Assembly (NCBI GenBank): GCA_005776725.1
Contig: SXOO01000062.1
Location: forward strand, 358-64,357
DNA: 64,000 bases
From: Pseudomonadota bacterium
GTDB lineage: Bacteria; Myxococcota_A; UBA9042; GCA-2863065
Reading direction: 5' to 3'
The translations under genes and the position numbers were made by a program. Below are positions 1 to 11,000 of this stretch, in pieces. The notes under the pieces are model-generated. The model had not been told where the DNA came from. It did no database searches and saw only the letters and a list, made by a program, of their open reading frames with translations. Every line of letters begins with the position of its first letter. The first letter of the stretch is position 1.

Positions 1-1376
1 TCCGCCTCCGCATCGCCCACTCCCCCATCGCAGAGGGGCTCGATACCCACGCGGTGGTGTTGCGTGACATCGCCGAGGTCGGGGTTGAACGAGAACAGCG
101 GATCCAGGGTCATCTCGTCCGGCGACACGCGCGTGAACAGGCGGGTGAGGTAGGGGTGCTTCGCCACGAGCGCGTTGTACTGCTCGCCGGGAGCATCGAG
201 CTTCGCCTGCGCCGCGTCGACGATCTGGGCCACCGTGACAGCAGCGTCCGACGCTTGGTGGTAGGCGCGGCACTCGTCGTAGAGCGGCCCCCAGTAGCTC
301 GTGGGGTTCGCGCAGACGCCGGGGGCTCCCGGCTTCAGCGGCAGGACCTCGTAGAGCGCCTGTTCCACCTCGGGCGACCAGAAGTTGCCCACGAGGCTGA
401 TCAGCAGGGACTTTACGTCGGACGCTTGCTTCAGCCCGCTGAGGTCCGGCGCGACGACCGTAACCGGCGTGCCCGCCGTGGGTCCGGCGAACTCGGTGAC
501 GAACGCGTGGCCCTGGGCGGCGTCGGCCGCGGCGTTGACCAGGTTCCAGTACGCGGCGCCGCACCCGAAGGCGAACCCGCCGCCGCCGCAGGCTCCCCAA
601 GGCATGGCGCGCGCGTTGAGCGTGGTGTGGAAGTAATTCACGGGCACCGCGCGGGCCTTGCCGAGCACCCAGGTGCGCACCGGCATGTCCGGCGCGGCGG
701 CGAGCGAGGTGAGCTTCAGGGGAATGCAAGAGTAGCTCGATGACTCGTACGTCAGGACGATGGGCACGATGCTGCCACTGGTCGCGAACTTCTGAAGGCG
801 CACTGCCACGAACGTGAAGTCCAGGTTCACGTAGTGACCGATGAGCGGCGCCGTGCCGTCGGGCTGCGCGTAGCCGTTCTCCGAGAGCCAGTCCAGCACC
901 AGCGACGCGCTATCGCCTTTGATCACCGCGTACTCGTAGGGGCCAACGGCGCCGTTGGCCAACACGTCCACGCCGCCGTCTGTTGCGTCAGATGCGTCGA
1001 ATCCGTCGGCGGCATCCGTGCCGTCGGTGCCGTCGGCAGCGTCGGTGAACTGGCAGTCGGGAAACCTGCAGTTCGAGGAGGTCTTCCACAAGATCCCGAA
1101 GGTGGGGTCGGTGGCGTTGCGCAGGGCCGCGAAGACCCGACTCGAGCTGACGCCGATAGTGGGTTCGGACGGGACGGGCAGCACCCAGGAGAACTCCTCT
1201 GCGGGCCCTTGGTACTGGACCGAGACCACGGCGGTGACCGTGTCTCCGTCCACGGCGAAGAGGATGTCCTCTCCGGCTTGCTCCACCGGTTGCACCGCGT
1301 CGCAGAAGAGCCCGCCACAGGCGAGAGCGGACGGGGCGGCGCCGATGGCAGCCGCGAAGATCAGGTGGTACCGCAT
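1..1376 (-). CDS. DUF2330-like secreted protein (3' end lies beyond the left window edge)
   Basis: Missing from the ORF track because it runs off the edge. My own translation from the ATG at 1376 (minus) reads MRYHLIFAAAIGAAPSALACGGLFCDAVQPVEQAGEDILFAVDG... and stays open to position 1. It has a signal peptide followed by A-C-G-G-L-F-C, the N-terminal signature I associate with DUF2330. Plus-strand ORFs 54..743, 834..1724 and 955..1380 are its antisense shadows. Confidence 0.55.
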   Translation of the reverse strand, partial: MRYHLIFAAAIGAAPSALACGGLFCDAVQPVEQAGEDILFAVDGDTVTAVVSVQYQGPAEEFSWVLPVPSEPTIGVSSSRVFAALRNATDPTFGILWKTSSNCRFPDCQFTDAADGTDGTDAADGFDASDATDGGVDVLANGAVGPYEYAVIKGDSASLVLDWLSENGYAQPDGTAPLIGHYVNLDFTFVAVRLQKFATSGSIVPIVLTYESSSYSCIPLKLTSLAAAPDMPVRTWVLGKARAVPVNYFHTTLNARAMPWGACGGGGFAFGCGAAYWNLVNAAADAAQGHAFVTEFAGPTAGTPVTVVAPDLSGLKQASDVKSLLISLVGNFWSPEVEQALYEVLPLKPGAPGVCANPTSYWGPLYDECRAYHQASDAAVTVAQIVDAAQAKLDAPGEQYNALVAKHPYLTRLFTRVSPDEMTLDPLFSFNPDLGDVTQHHRVGIEPLCDGGVGDAEA

Positions 1377-1624
1377 GTGATTGCCTCGTTGTTGGTAGTG
1401 CGAGAACCGTCCCGCCTCAGCAAGCGCCGCGCCAGCCCGCGAAATCCCGTGTGGCCGCGGCGCACCGTACTCGCGGCTGTGGAGCCCCTCACCAGCGTGC
1501 GGTGTTTCTCCACATCGTCAGCGACCAGCCCGTGCTCGCGCAGAAGCGCGTCCGCCCACCGGAGCGGGCGTGGGACGCTGGCGTTCTGTGCCGCCCCTCC
1601 GAAGCAAGCGCCCCCCTTTCTGCC

Positions 1625-3547
1625 TTACCTTGGACATGCCCCACGGATCCGAAGGATCGCGTCACCCACGGCCAGCCGGTCGAGCGTGGCGAACCCGTCG
1701 ACCACGGCCCCGAAGTTCGTGTAGGTGCCGCCGAGGTGGGGGTGGGCCGTGTGTGTGATGAACCACTGCGAGGCCCCCGTGTCTTTGCCCGCGAGCGCCA
1801 TGCCCACCGCACCCGAGGTGAAGGGGCGGTCGTTGTTCTCGCACGGGATCGTGGCCGACAGGCCGCCCCAGCCGTCGCCCCGCGGGTCGCCAGTCTGCAC
1901 CACGAAGTCGGGGACGACGCGATGGAAGCGCAGCCCGGCGTACCGCCCGGCGCAGGCGAGCGCCGAGAGGTGACGGACGGTGGACGGCGCGGCCTCGGAG
2001 TCCAGCCGAAGCGTGAGGTCACCCACCTCCGTCTCCACGACCCACTCCTTGGGGGCGGCGCTTCCGGGTGCGGGCCGCGGCGCGGGCGGCAGCGGCGGGG
2101 AACGCAGGGGCAAACCGGCCGCGCGCGACACCGCCAGCCCCGACGGCGGCACGCGGTCCTTCAGCAAGGCCCCAAGCGCCTTGGCCGCCTTCAAGCAGTC
2201 GATCGCCGCCTCATCGTCGCCCGCCGCCAGCGCCTCCAGGGCGCGCCCGAGGACGACCTCCCCGAGCTCCGGCGAATTACCCGCGAGCTCGGCCAGGCGT
2301 GTACACGCCGTCGCCACCACGGGGCGGTCGGAGTCTGCCAAGGCTCCGCGCACCACGGCCAGATCACTGGTGTGCTCGAGCGCGGCCATGCGGCGCGTGG
2401 GCAGCGGGTCGCGGAGCCAGGGGGCCACCACGGCGTCCCGGCGCGTCGCCTCGGGCAGCTCGCCCTGCCCTGCCGCGGGCGCGCCCATGAGGGCCACGGC
2501 GCGCTCGACTCGGCTCGCCCCGGCGCAGGCTGCGTCGAGGGTCTCGGGTTGGGTGGCGGCAGCACAAACGAGCGCGTCACGTCGGCGACGCTCGGGCGGG
2601 GTGCCAGCCGGGAGCGCGGCGAGGGCCTCCAGCACCTCGGGGTCCGCAGGGGACGCCAAGGCGGCGAGCGCGGCGTGAAAGTCGGGGGACACCAGCGGCG
2701 CGCCGGCCGCTACGCGCCGCGCGAAGCTCAGGACGACGTTGCGGCTCACAGCGGGGTCCCGGAGCCCCTCGACCAGCGCCACGGCCTCGTGGGGTCCCGC
2801 GGTCTGCAACGCCGCAACGGCGTGGGCGCGCACCGCGGGCGGGACGCCGTGCCGCCGGACCACTCGGGCCGCGATCACGAGCTCCGCGCCGCCCAAGCTC
2901 AGCGCTCGGCCACGGGCCAGGGCGATCGGGGCGAGGTCCACGCCCGGCGCGGTCCGAGCCCATGCGTACAGCGCGGCCGCGCGGACCTCGGCGTCCCGGT
3001 CGTCGAGCAGCGCCACCCAGCGGGCGTCGGGGGCCTGGCCCAGGCGGGCAAGGCACAACGCCGCCGCCACCAGCGCCTTGGGCCGCACGGCGTCCTCCGC
3101 GAGAGCCGCGCTGATCGTGGCCTCCCCGCCCACTCTCCCCAGCGCCTGCCACGCGGCCAGCACCAACGGACCGTCGAGGAGCCGGAACAAGCGCGCCTCG
3201 ACCTGCAGGGCCAGCTCCGGGTTTGCCACCGCCAGCTGCCCGACGGCGAAGACCGCCTGGTGCGCCGCCGGCCCGTCGAGCGCTTCGAGGAGCTTCGGGA
3301 GCGCCGAGGGGTCCTCGATGCGCCCGAGGGCCAGCGCCGCCTCAGCGGCCAGCGGGGGCCGGTCGAGCGCTTCGATGAGCAAGGGGACTCCGGCCCGGGC
3401 ATCCGCCAGCTGGCGCACCGCGTCGACGGCCGCGTCTCCGCCGCCCTCCAGGCGCGCGCGCCACAAGGCTTCGGGGGACGCTTGAACGATAACGGTGGCG
3501 AGCAGCGTGAGCATCAGCGGACTATACCGCCAGGCTCGGAATGGCAC
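1625..3547 (-). CDS. HEAT-repeat protein with C-terminal cyclophilin-type peptidyl-prolyl cis-trans isomerase domain
   Basis: 640-aa ORF. The C-terminus (FHRVVPDFVVQTGDPRGDGWGG ... GAVGMALAGKDTGASQWFITH ... YTNFGAVVDG) matches the cyclophilin PPIase signature. The N-terminal ~450 aa are A/L-rich HEAT-like repeats (LIEALDRPP..., LLEALDGP...). GTG start at 3547; an alternative ATG at 3514 (MLTLLATVIVQA) gives a signal-like N-terminus. Confidence 0.8.
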   Translation of the reverse strand: MPFRAWRYSPLMLTLLATVIVQASPEALWRARLEGGGDAAVDAVRQLADARAGVPLLIEALDRPPLAAEAALALGRIEDPSALPKLLEALDGPAAHQAVFAVGQLAVANPELALQVEARLFRLLDGPLVLAAWQALGRVGGEATISAALAEDAVRPKALVAAALCLARLGQAPDARWVALLDDRDAEVRAAALYAWARTAPGVDLAPIALARGRALSLGGAELVIAARVVRRHGVPPAVRAHAVAALQTAGPHEAVALVEGLRDPAVSRNVVLSFARRVAAGAPLVSPDFHAALAALASPADPEVLEALAALPAGTPPERRRRDALVCAAATQPETLDAACAGASRVERAVALMGAPAAGQGELPEATRRDAVVAPWLRDPLPTRRMAALEHTSDLAVVRGALADSDRPVVATACTRLAELAGNSPELGEVVLGRALEALAAGDDEAAIDCLKAAKALGALLKDRVPPSGLAVSRAAGLPLRSPPLPPAPRPAPGSAAPKEWVVETEVGDLTLRLDSEAAPSTVRHLSALACAGRYAGLRFHRVVPDFVVQTGDPRGDGWGGLSATIPCENNDRPFTSGAVGMALAGKDTGASQWFITHTAHPHLGGTYTNFGAVVDGFATLDRLAVGDAILRIRGACPR

Positions 3548-3577
3548 CTTGGGCCCTTACTCGTGTCGTTGAGGAGC

Positions 3578-3727
3578 ATGCCGATACCCCACCAGCACCG
3601 CTTCTACGAGGATGCTTCTCGGGAGAGGTACGCCACGGCACATGCGCTGCTCGCTACCGAGCCCACCATGGCTCTGTACCTGTCTGGGGTGTCAATGGAG
3701 TGCATGCTACGACGTGCGATCACTTAG
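3578..3727 (+). pseudogene. Possible remnant of a HEPN-domain (toxin-like) gene, first ~49 codons only
   Basis: Lies in a visibly less GC-rich ~220-bp spacer between the PPIase start and the murA stop. The ORF reads MPIPHQHRFYEDASRERYATAHALLATEPTMALYLSGVSMECMLRRAIT*. The pattern F..A.R...A..LL....A.YL.G...EC.L+..I resembles the N-terminal helices of small HEPN proteins (..AYYLAGYAVECALKACI..). It stops after 49 codons, and downstream frames run into antisense murA. Confidence 0.3.
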
Positions 3728-3768
3728 CGCATGACGATCAGTGCAGCAACCCGGCTTCTGAGGTGGCG

Positions 3769-5004
3769 TCACACCACGGTGAGCCCCACGCCCAGCGAGC
3801 GGAGGCGCGCGGGCAGCGCCTCGTAGCCGCGCTCGAGCTGCTCGACCCCACGAAGCGCCACCGGCCCGCGCGCCACCAGCGCCGCCAGGAGCAGCGCCGC
3901 CCCGCCGCGGAGATCCGCTGCGTCCACGGCGCCGCCGTGCAGTGGAGCCGGGCCCCGCACCCTCACGACGCCCGGGGCCGCGAGCGTCACGTCGGCACCG
4001 AGCCGCCGCAGACCCTCCACGTAAGCGGTGCGCTGCGGGAACCTGATATCGACGAGCTCGCTCACGCCGGGCAGCACCAGCGCCAGCGCCGCGAGGAGCG
4101 GGTGAAGGTCGCTGCCGGGTCCTCCGGGCTCGCCAAAGCGAAGGGAGAAGGGGCGCGGCGCGAGGAGAGCGGCGCGAAAGACGGATTGCCCCACGCGCTC
4201 CAGTGTGGCCCCGGCGGCCTCGAGCACCGCGAACTGCGCGTCGTCCACGCCGGCGGCCTCCACCTCCAGCGCGCCGCCCGTGATCAGGCTGGCGATGAGC
4301 CACGTGAGCGCCTCGTCCGCGGTGGCGGGGACGGTCACGTCGAGGCCACGCGCCAGGGGCCCCACGATCTCCGCGCCGTCGGCGGTCACACGCACCTCCG
4401 CTCCCGCTGCGGCCAGCGCCGCGAGCAGCCCAAGGTTCTCCGCGCGCAGGTTCAGCCCCGTGAGGCGTGACGCGCCGGGCGCCAGCGCCGCGCAGACGAT
4501 CGCCACCTGGCTGGCCGTGGTGGATGGGAACGGCAGCTGGAGCCGGGTGGGCCGGAGCTGCCCGCTGGCCCGAAGCCGCGGCCCCTCCTCTCGCGCGTCC
4601 AGCCCGAACGCCCGCATGACCTCGAGGTGCAGTCGGATCGACCGCTCGCCGATCGCGCAGCCCCCGGGGGCAGGCGTCTCGGCGACCCCGTGGCGCCCCG
4701 CGAGCGCCGCGAGCAAGACGGGCGTGGAGCGAATGGCGGGCCCGTCAGCGACGCCCCCTGCGCTGGGGGAGTCTCCGAGGACACAGCCCGCGGAGCGTAG
4801 CAGCGTCGCCGCGGCGTCTACGTCGGTGAGTCCGGTGGGTAGTCGAAGGAGCCGCGACGCGCCGGGGGCCCCGGCGGCCGCCAGCATGAGGGGTAAGGCG
4901 GCGTTCTTTCCGCCGCTGAGCACCACCCTCCCGGGACCAGCGCTACCGAGCGGGGGGGCCGGCCCGAGGAGCCGCCAGACCGCCCCGCGGGGCGTGCCGC
5001 TCAC
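3769..5004 (-). CDS. murA: UDP-N-acetylglucosamine 1-carboxyvinyltransferase
   Basis: 411 aa. Motifs: LSGGKNAALPLMLAA (Lys22 region), APGGCAIGERSIRLHL (catalytic Cys115 loop), DLRGGAALLLAAL, and C-terminal ERGYEALPARLRSLG. The GTG start overlaps the stop of the upstream 3806-aa gene (GTGA at 5001..5004). Confidence 0.8.
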   Translation of the reverse strand: MSGTPRGAVWRLLGPAPPLGSAGPGRVVLSGGKNAALPLMLAAAGAPGASRLLRLPTGLTDVDAAATLLRSAGCVLGDSPSAGGVADGPAIRSTPVLLAALAGRHGVAETPAPGGCAIGERSIRLHLEVMRAFGLDAREEGPRLRASGQLRPTRLQLPFPSTTASQVAIVCAALAPGASRLTGLNLRAENLGLLAALAAAGAEVRVTADGAEIVGPLARGLDVTVPATADEALTWLIASLITGGALEVEAAGVDDAQFAVLEAAGATLERVGQSVFRAALLAPRPFSLRFGEPGGPGSDLHPLLAALALVLPGVSELVDIRFPQRTAYVEGLRRLGADVTLAAPGVVRVRGPAPLHGGAVDAADLRGGAALLLAALVARGPVALRGVEQLERGYEALPARLRSLGVGLTVV

Positions 5005-8000
5005 CCCAGCTTCTTCTGGAGCGCCAGGCCCTCCGCATGGGCAGGATCCAGCTGGAGGAGGCGCGCGACGTGGCGCTTCGCCTTCGCCTTGTCGCCCGCC
5101 TCGACGCAGACCTTCGCCAAGAGGACGAAGAGCTCGAGCCGCGCCGCGCTGTCCTCGAGCTCGTGCTGAACCAACAGCAGGGCCTGAAGGGTCTGGAGCG
5201 CCTTGTCGAGTCGGCCGGTCTCGAACGCGGTGCGCCCGAGGCCCAGCTGAACCACCACGTTGCGCGAGTCGGCCGTGCTGGCCACCTGGTAGGCGCTGTA
5301 GGCCTTGTCGGCGTCGCGCCGGGCCTCGTGCAACCGGGCTAGCCGAAGGGCCTGTGGCGCCAGCTCCTGGAACCGCCGCTTCGCCTCGAGATAGCTCACG
5401 TGCCAGGAGAGCAGCGGCAGCAGCTCCGCCGTGTCTCCGCGACGCTCGAGCTGGTCGATCATCGCCGCCACGAGCCCTGGGTGGTCGCGCTTCACCTCCA
5501 CGCCGCGCCGGAGCCAGCGCCAGGCGGCGTCGAGGTCCTTGACGCGGTCCGAGAGCACCGTGGCCAGCTCGAAGATGGCGTCTGCCTGCGCCCGCGCGTC
5601 CGAGGCCCGCTGCACCTCGCGCTCGAGCACGGGCACCAGCGCCTCCCAGCTCTCGCGGCGATAGAGCACCTCTTTGAGCCGCGCCGTGGCCTCTGCATGG
5701 TCCGGTCGCGCCCCGAGGATGTCTTTGTAGATCGCGAGCGCCTTCGTGGTGTTGTCTTTGCCGAAGAGGTGCAGGCGTCCCAGCGTGAGCTGGGTGGCGA
5801 TGCGCTCCTCGGGATCGTCTGAGCGGCGAACGAGGCCCTCGTAGGCCTCGATGGCCTTGTCGAGCTCGCCGGTGCGCTCGAAGAGCTGCGCCAAGAGGCC
5901 CAGCGTCACGCGGTTGTTGGGATCCAGCGCGTGGGCTGACTCCGCGACCTCCCGCGAGCGAGCCAGGTCCGAGAGCGGGTTCTCCCAGAGCTGCGCCGCC
6001 CGCACCAGGAGGCCGATGCGGTGGGCCACGTCGCGACTTACGGCTGCGCGTTGCTCGAGGAGCAGCGCGAGCCGGTCGAAGCGGCCCTGGGCCTCGGAGA
6101 CCCGGATCAGCGCGTCTAGCGCCCCCACCTCACCTGCGTCCAGCACGAGCATCTCCTCGAAGCGCGAGACGGCCAGCTCCAGGTCGCCCAGATCCTCCTC
6201 GGCGATCGTGGCGAGTCGCGCCAACACCGGGATCCGTGCCGCTCCGTTCAGGGCCTGGAGCCGCGTCCCGAGGATCCGCGCCAGGTCCTCCGGCATGGCG
6301 TGTTCGGTGTACAGGAGCTCGAGCGCGAGGAGCGCCGGCTCACACCACCCGTCGGCTTCGATGGCCTCCTCGTAGGCCTCGATGGCGCCGTCGGGGTCCG
6401 CCAGGAGCTCCCCACGGATCCGGCCGAGCTCCACCTTGAGCCGCGCGAGCACATCGGGGTCCTCGACGCGGCGCGCGCGCCGCTCCAGGATCTCGGCGAG
6501 GGCCGTGTAAGACTCCGCCGCGCGATAGTGCGCCTCGAGCGCCTGCAGGGCCTCCTCATCGCCGTCGTCCAGCTCCAGCACCCGACGCCAGCCGTCTTCC
6601 ACCCGGTCGGCGTCGCCAACGCGCCCGCCCGCCCGCGCCATCGTTCGCGCGAGCTCGAGGCGCTCCTCCCGATCGACCACGAGCGCGAAGAGGGCCTCGG
6701 CCACCCCCACGAGATCCGCGGGACGATCCTCGGCCGCGTACAACGCCAGAAGCGCCTGCAGCGCCTCGGTGTTCTCCGAGTCGACCACGAGCACCTCGCG
6801 GTAACACCGCTCGGCGACATCGCGCTTGCCCAGCGTGCTCCCCGCGAGCTGCGCGGCCCGGAGCAGGAGCTCGCGGCGCGTCTCGAGCGCGGTGGCCTTC
6901 CCGGCGGCCTGCACGGTGAGAGCCAGGAGCTCTTCCGCGCGGCTGATGGTCCCCTCCGAGAGGCCCGAGATGGCCGTGAGGCGCTGCAGCAGCTCGATGC
7001 GCTCCGGCGCCGCCAGCACGGCCAACTTCAGGTAGCCCCAGGCAGCGTCGGCGTCACCGAGGTGTTGCTCGGCCACAGCGGCGGCGGCCTCGAGCCGCTC
7101 GACGCGATCCGGCGCGTCATCGACCCCGGCGAGGAGCCAGCGCACCACGTCGTTCCACTGACCCTTCGACCGGTAGTGCGGCAGCAACATGCGCGCCGCC
7201 GAGTCGCGCAGCCAATCGTGCGCCTGACCGAGCAGGTCCAGCGCCATGACGCACTCTTCGTCCTCGGCGTCTTCCGCCACCAGCTCCACGTACAACTGGA
7301 AGGCAGCCTCCGGGTTCTGGACCTCCGTGTCCGTGATCTCCGCCAGGCGGCGCCGCAGGTGCCGGGACTCGGAGTGCGGCGCAATCGCGATCTCGCGGCG
7401 GAGAACGTCCACCCGCTCCTCGAAGCGACCGGTCGCCTCGAGCAGGCGCCCGAGCTCGGAGAGAGCCGTGGGCTCGAGCTCGTCGTAGGCGAGCACGGCG
7501 CGCCACGCGTCGATCGCCCCGCTGGGGTCGTCGAGGTGAGCCTCCGACAGACGGGCGATCCAGGCGTGCAGCGCCATCGCCAGCTCCGGCGAGCTGACCG
7601 CCCCGAGCGCGTCCCGCACAGAGTCCACGAGCACGGTCCAGCGGCCCGCGCCGCCCGCTACCTCCTCGAGGTTCTCCCGGAGCGCTTCGTCGCTGGGGTC
7701 CAGCGCGAAGGCCTCGCCCAGCGCGCGCAGCGCCCCGTCGGGATCGTCGAGCTCGTTGTTGCGAATCTCGGCGAGCCGCCTGAGGAGCTCGATGCGCTCG
7801 GCCCCGTCCATGCCGTCGCGGGCCCGGATCTCGAGCTGAAGCTCCATGGCGCGCTCGAGCGGCTTCCACCGCTCGGCGGTGAGATACACGGGCTCCAGCG
7901 CGAATGACGCCATGAGGGCCACGCGGGGATCTTCCAGCAGGCTCTCGAGCACGCCGACCGCCCCTTCGTGGGTCGGGAACTGGCCGAGGATGAGCCGCAA

Positions 8001-11000
8001 GAGGTCCAGCGCCCGATCCGGCTCGTCCAGCTCGTCGATCAGCAGCCGAGCGATCTGGAGATCGGCTTCTGCCTTCGCCCGGGGATCGGCGAACTGCCCA
8101 CGCTTCGCCTCGAGGATACGGAGGTGGCCCCGGTGGTCGGAGATCTGCGGATAGAGTCGCTCGAGGCTGGTGAGCGCGAGGATGTTCTGAGGCGAGAACA
8201 CCAGCGACTCCTCGTAGGTGCGCGCGGCGTCCTCGAGCTGCCCGAGCTCGCGCTCCTGAAGCCGCGCCAGATCGGTGAGCCAGTCCAGACGGTCTTCGTC
8301 GTCCTCCTGGGCGAGATCGATCTTCTGCCGTAGCACCGCAGCCAGCTCTGAGTGCGCGCCGCGAGCTCGGGTGGAGGCCTCGAGCCGGTCCAGTGCCCGC
8401 CGGTCCCCGGGCGCGAGCTCGCGGATCTCGGTCCAGCGCCGCTCGGCGGCGGCGACGTCGTTGAGGGACGCTGACAGGTCGCCCAGCCGGTGCAGCAGCG
8501 CGATCCGGTCGGCCTCGGTCTCCGCCACGTCGAGCCGCGCGGTGAGGACGCGAAGCACGGCGGCGTGGTCGCCTCGGGACTGGTAGTGCTGCTCCAGGGC
8601 CGCCAAGGCGGAGACATCGCCCGGCACCAGCTCGAGCCGCTGCTCGCGCCAGCGCGCAGCGGCGTCGGCGTCCGAGAGCGCGCCTTCCGCGAGCGCCGCG
8701 AGTCGCGCCAGGACGCGCACGCGCGCCTCGGATGGCATGGACTCGACGTGCTCTGAGTACACGCCATAGAGGGCGGCTTCGAGCCCGTGCCGTCCGGCCA
8801 CACCCTCGAGCGTCTGCTCGATCGCGGTGTTGCCCGGCTCCAGCGCGTAGGCCGCCGCGAACGCGGTCAACGCACGCTGGGGCTCACCAGCGCGCTCCTC
8901 GTACAGCTGTCCGAGCTCCTGTTGAAGGAGCATGCGGTGCTCGTGGTCTTCGCAGACCCCGAGCTGCGCGAGATAGACGGCCTCCCAGCGGTGCCAGGAG
9001 ACCTTGGAGTCGCCCGCGTACGCACGCTCCAGCAGATCCGCCGCAAGCCCGCGTAGCGCTGGCGCGTGATCCTCCTTCAGCACCTCCTCGGTGCTGGCGA
9101 TCGCCTTGCCCCGCAGCGAATGCCCAGTGGTGAGGCCCGCGAGTACCTCGCGCAGGAAGTCGAGGGCGCCTGCGGGATCTCCGCCCTCGAGGCGCAGCAG
9201 CGCCAGGCGATACCGGACCTCGCGCGCTTCGTCGTCGTGGCTCACGGCCAGCAGGCGGTGGAGCACGGACTCCACGTCCTCCGACACGCCGCGTTGCCTC
9301 GCCAGCGCCTCGAGGCGTGCGAGCGCCTGACGGTGCCCGGGCTCTACCGTGACGAGGCTCTCGAGGGCGCGAGCCGCTCCCTCGGCGTCGTCGAGGCGCT
9401 CGCGCAGGGCAGCGACCGCGAGCCACGCGCGCTCACGCTCGCGGCCCGACGCGCGCACAGCGAGGCGCTCCTCCAGATCGGCCAGCTCGCGCCAGCGCTC
9501 GAGCTGCTCGTAGAGCCGCCGCAGCGCCTGGGCGGCGCCGTCGTGCGACTCGTCGAACGCGCTCACCGACTCGTAGAACACCACCGCGTCCGACGGACGC
9601 TTGAGCCGCTCCTCTGCGAGCCGCGCGGCGCGCAACGCCAGGTCCACGTTGCTGGGATCGTCCTTCACGATCTGCCCGTAGACCCCAATGAGATCCACGA
9701 GCAGGCCGAGGCGCCCCGCCGAGTCCTCCGCCTGCTCCCAGCGTCGAGGCTCCGTGGGCGCCTTTCGGAGCATGGCCTTCTCGGTCTCGTAGGCCGCGGC
9801 GCGGTCCTGCAGCTCGGTGAGCTGGAGGGTGCGGATCGCGTCGAGCCCCTTCAGCAGCTCGCCCGGCATGGCCTCCACGCGCTGCCGGTGAAGGCCGATC
9901 AAGGTCTCGAAGTCGCGGGCGTCGCGATAGAGCTTCCCGAGCCGCTCGAAGACCACCTCGTCCGTCGGGTCCTCGGCGCTGAGCTGCTCGAGGACCGAGC
10001 GGCCCACGGGATCGGTGGGCGCCTCGCCGAGGAGCGCCACGGTGGCAGCGAAGGCCTGCTCCGGGTCGCCCAGCTGCTCCCGGCACAAGACCGCGAGTCG
10101 CTGGCGCAGGCCCAGCCGGTGCTCGGCGTCTCGCGTGACCGCGATCTCCCGCCGGAGCAACGCGGCGACGGCCGGGAAGTCGTTGTCGGCGAACCGAAGG
10201 GACTCGAGGGCTCGATAGGCGCGGGCCTCCGCGGGGTCGTTACGGAGGATCTCCTCGTAGGTGTCCGCTGCGCCGGCCGCGTCGTGCTCCCGTTCGAAGA
10301 GCAACGTGGCGATCCGATACAGCAGCGCGATCCGGTCCGAAGCCGCGGCGGTGCGCTCGACCTCGTGACGGAGCGTGTCGATGACCTCGCGTGTCCGGCC
10401 AGTGGCCTCGTACAGCGACCGCATGGCCTCGAGGGTCTCGCGGTGATCCGGGAAGCTCGACAGCGTCTCGCGCAGGATCCCCTCGGCCACGTCCAGATCG
10501 TTGCGGTCCTCGCGCGCTACGCGCCCCATCTCCAGCAGGATCTTGAGGCGAGCCTCATCGCCCCGCGCTCGCGCGAGCGCCTCTCGATCGAGGATCTCGA
10601 GGTCGTCGAAGGCGCCGGTGAGCCCGGCCAGCCGGACGAGCTCCGTGCGCAAGGTCCCCGTGGCGCGCCACTCGATGCCCGCAGCCTCGCCCAGCACCGC
10701 GAAAGCACGCCCGGGATCGCCGAGCCCCTCTTCGAGTAGCCGCGCGAGCCTGAGGCGCCCGCCAACCGCGTCGTCATCCGGCCAACGCGCGAGCCGGAGC
10801 TCTAGGATCTTCACCTGGCCCAGCACGTCGCCAGCCCCAACGTAGGCCCGGTCGAGCAGCTCAGCGGCGCGCGGACCGCTCTCGATGGAGTCGAGCGCCG
10901 CCTCCAGAGCGCGCCGGGCGGCCGCGAAGCTCGGGTCGCGCGAGAGGATTGCCTCGTAGCGGTCGAGCGCGTCGCTCGGTCGCGCGAGTTGGTTCTCGTA

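Noticed and set aside
1451-3727. 758-aa plus-strand ORF
   Set aside because: It is antisense to the HEAT/cyclophilin gene (1625..3547). The product is R/G/A/P-rich low-complexity with no motif. The minus-strand product has a clear cyclophilin signature. Only its last ~49 codons (3578..3727), in the intergenic spacer, are discussed separately.
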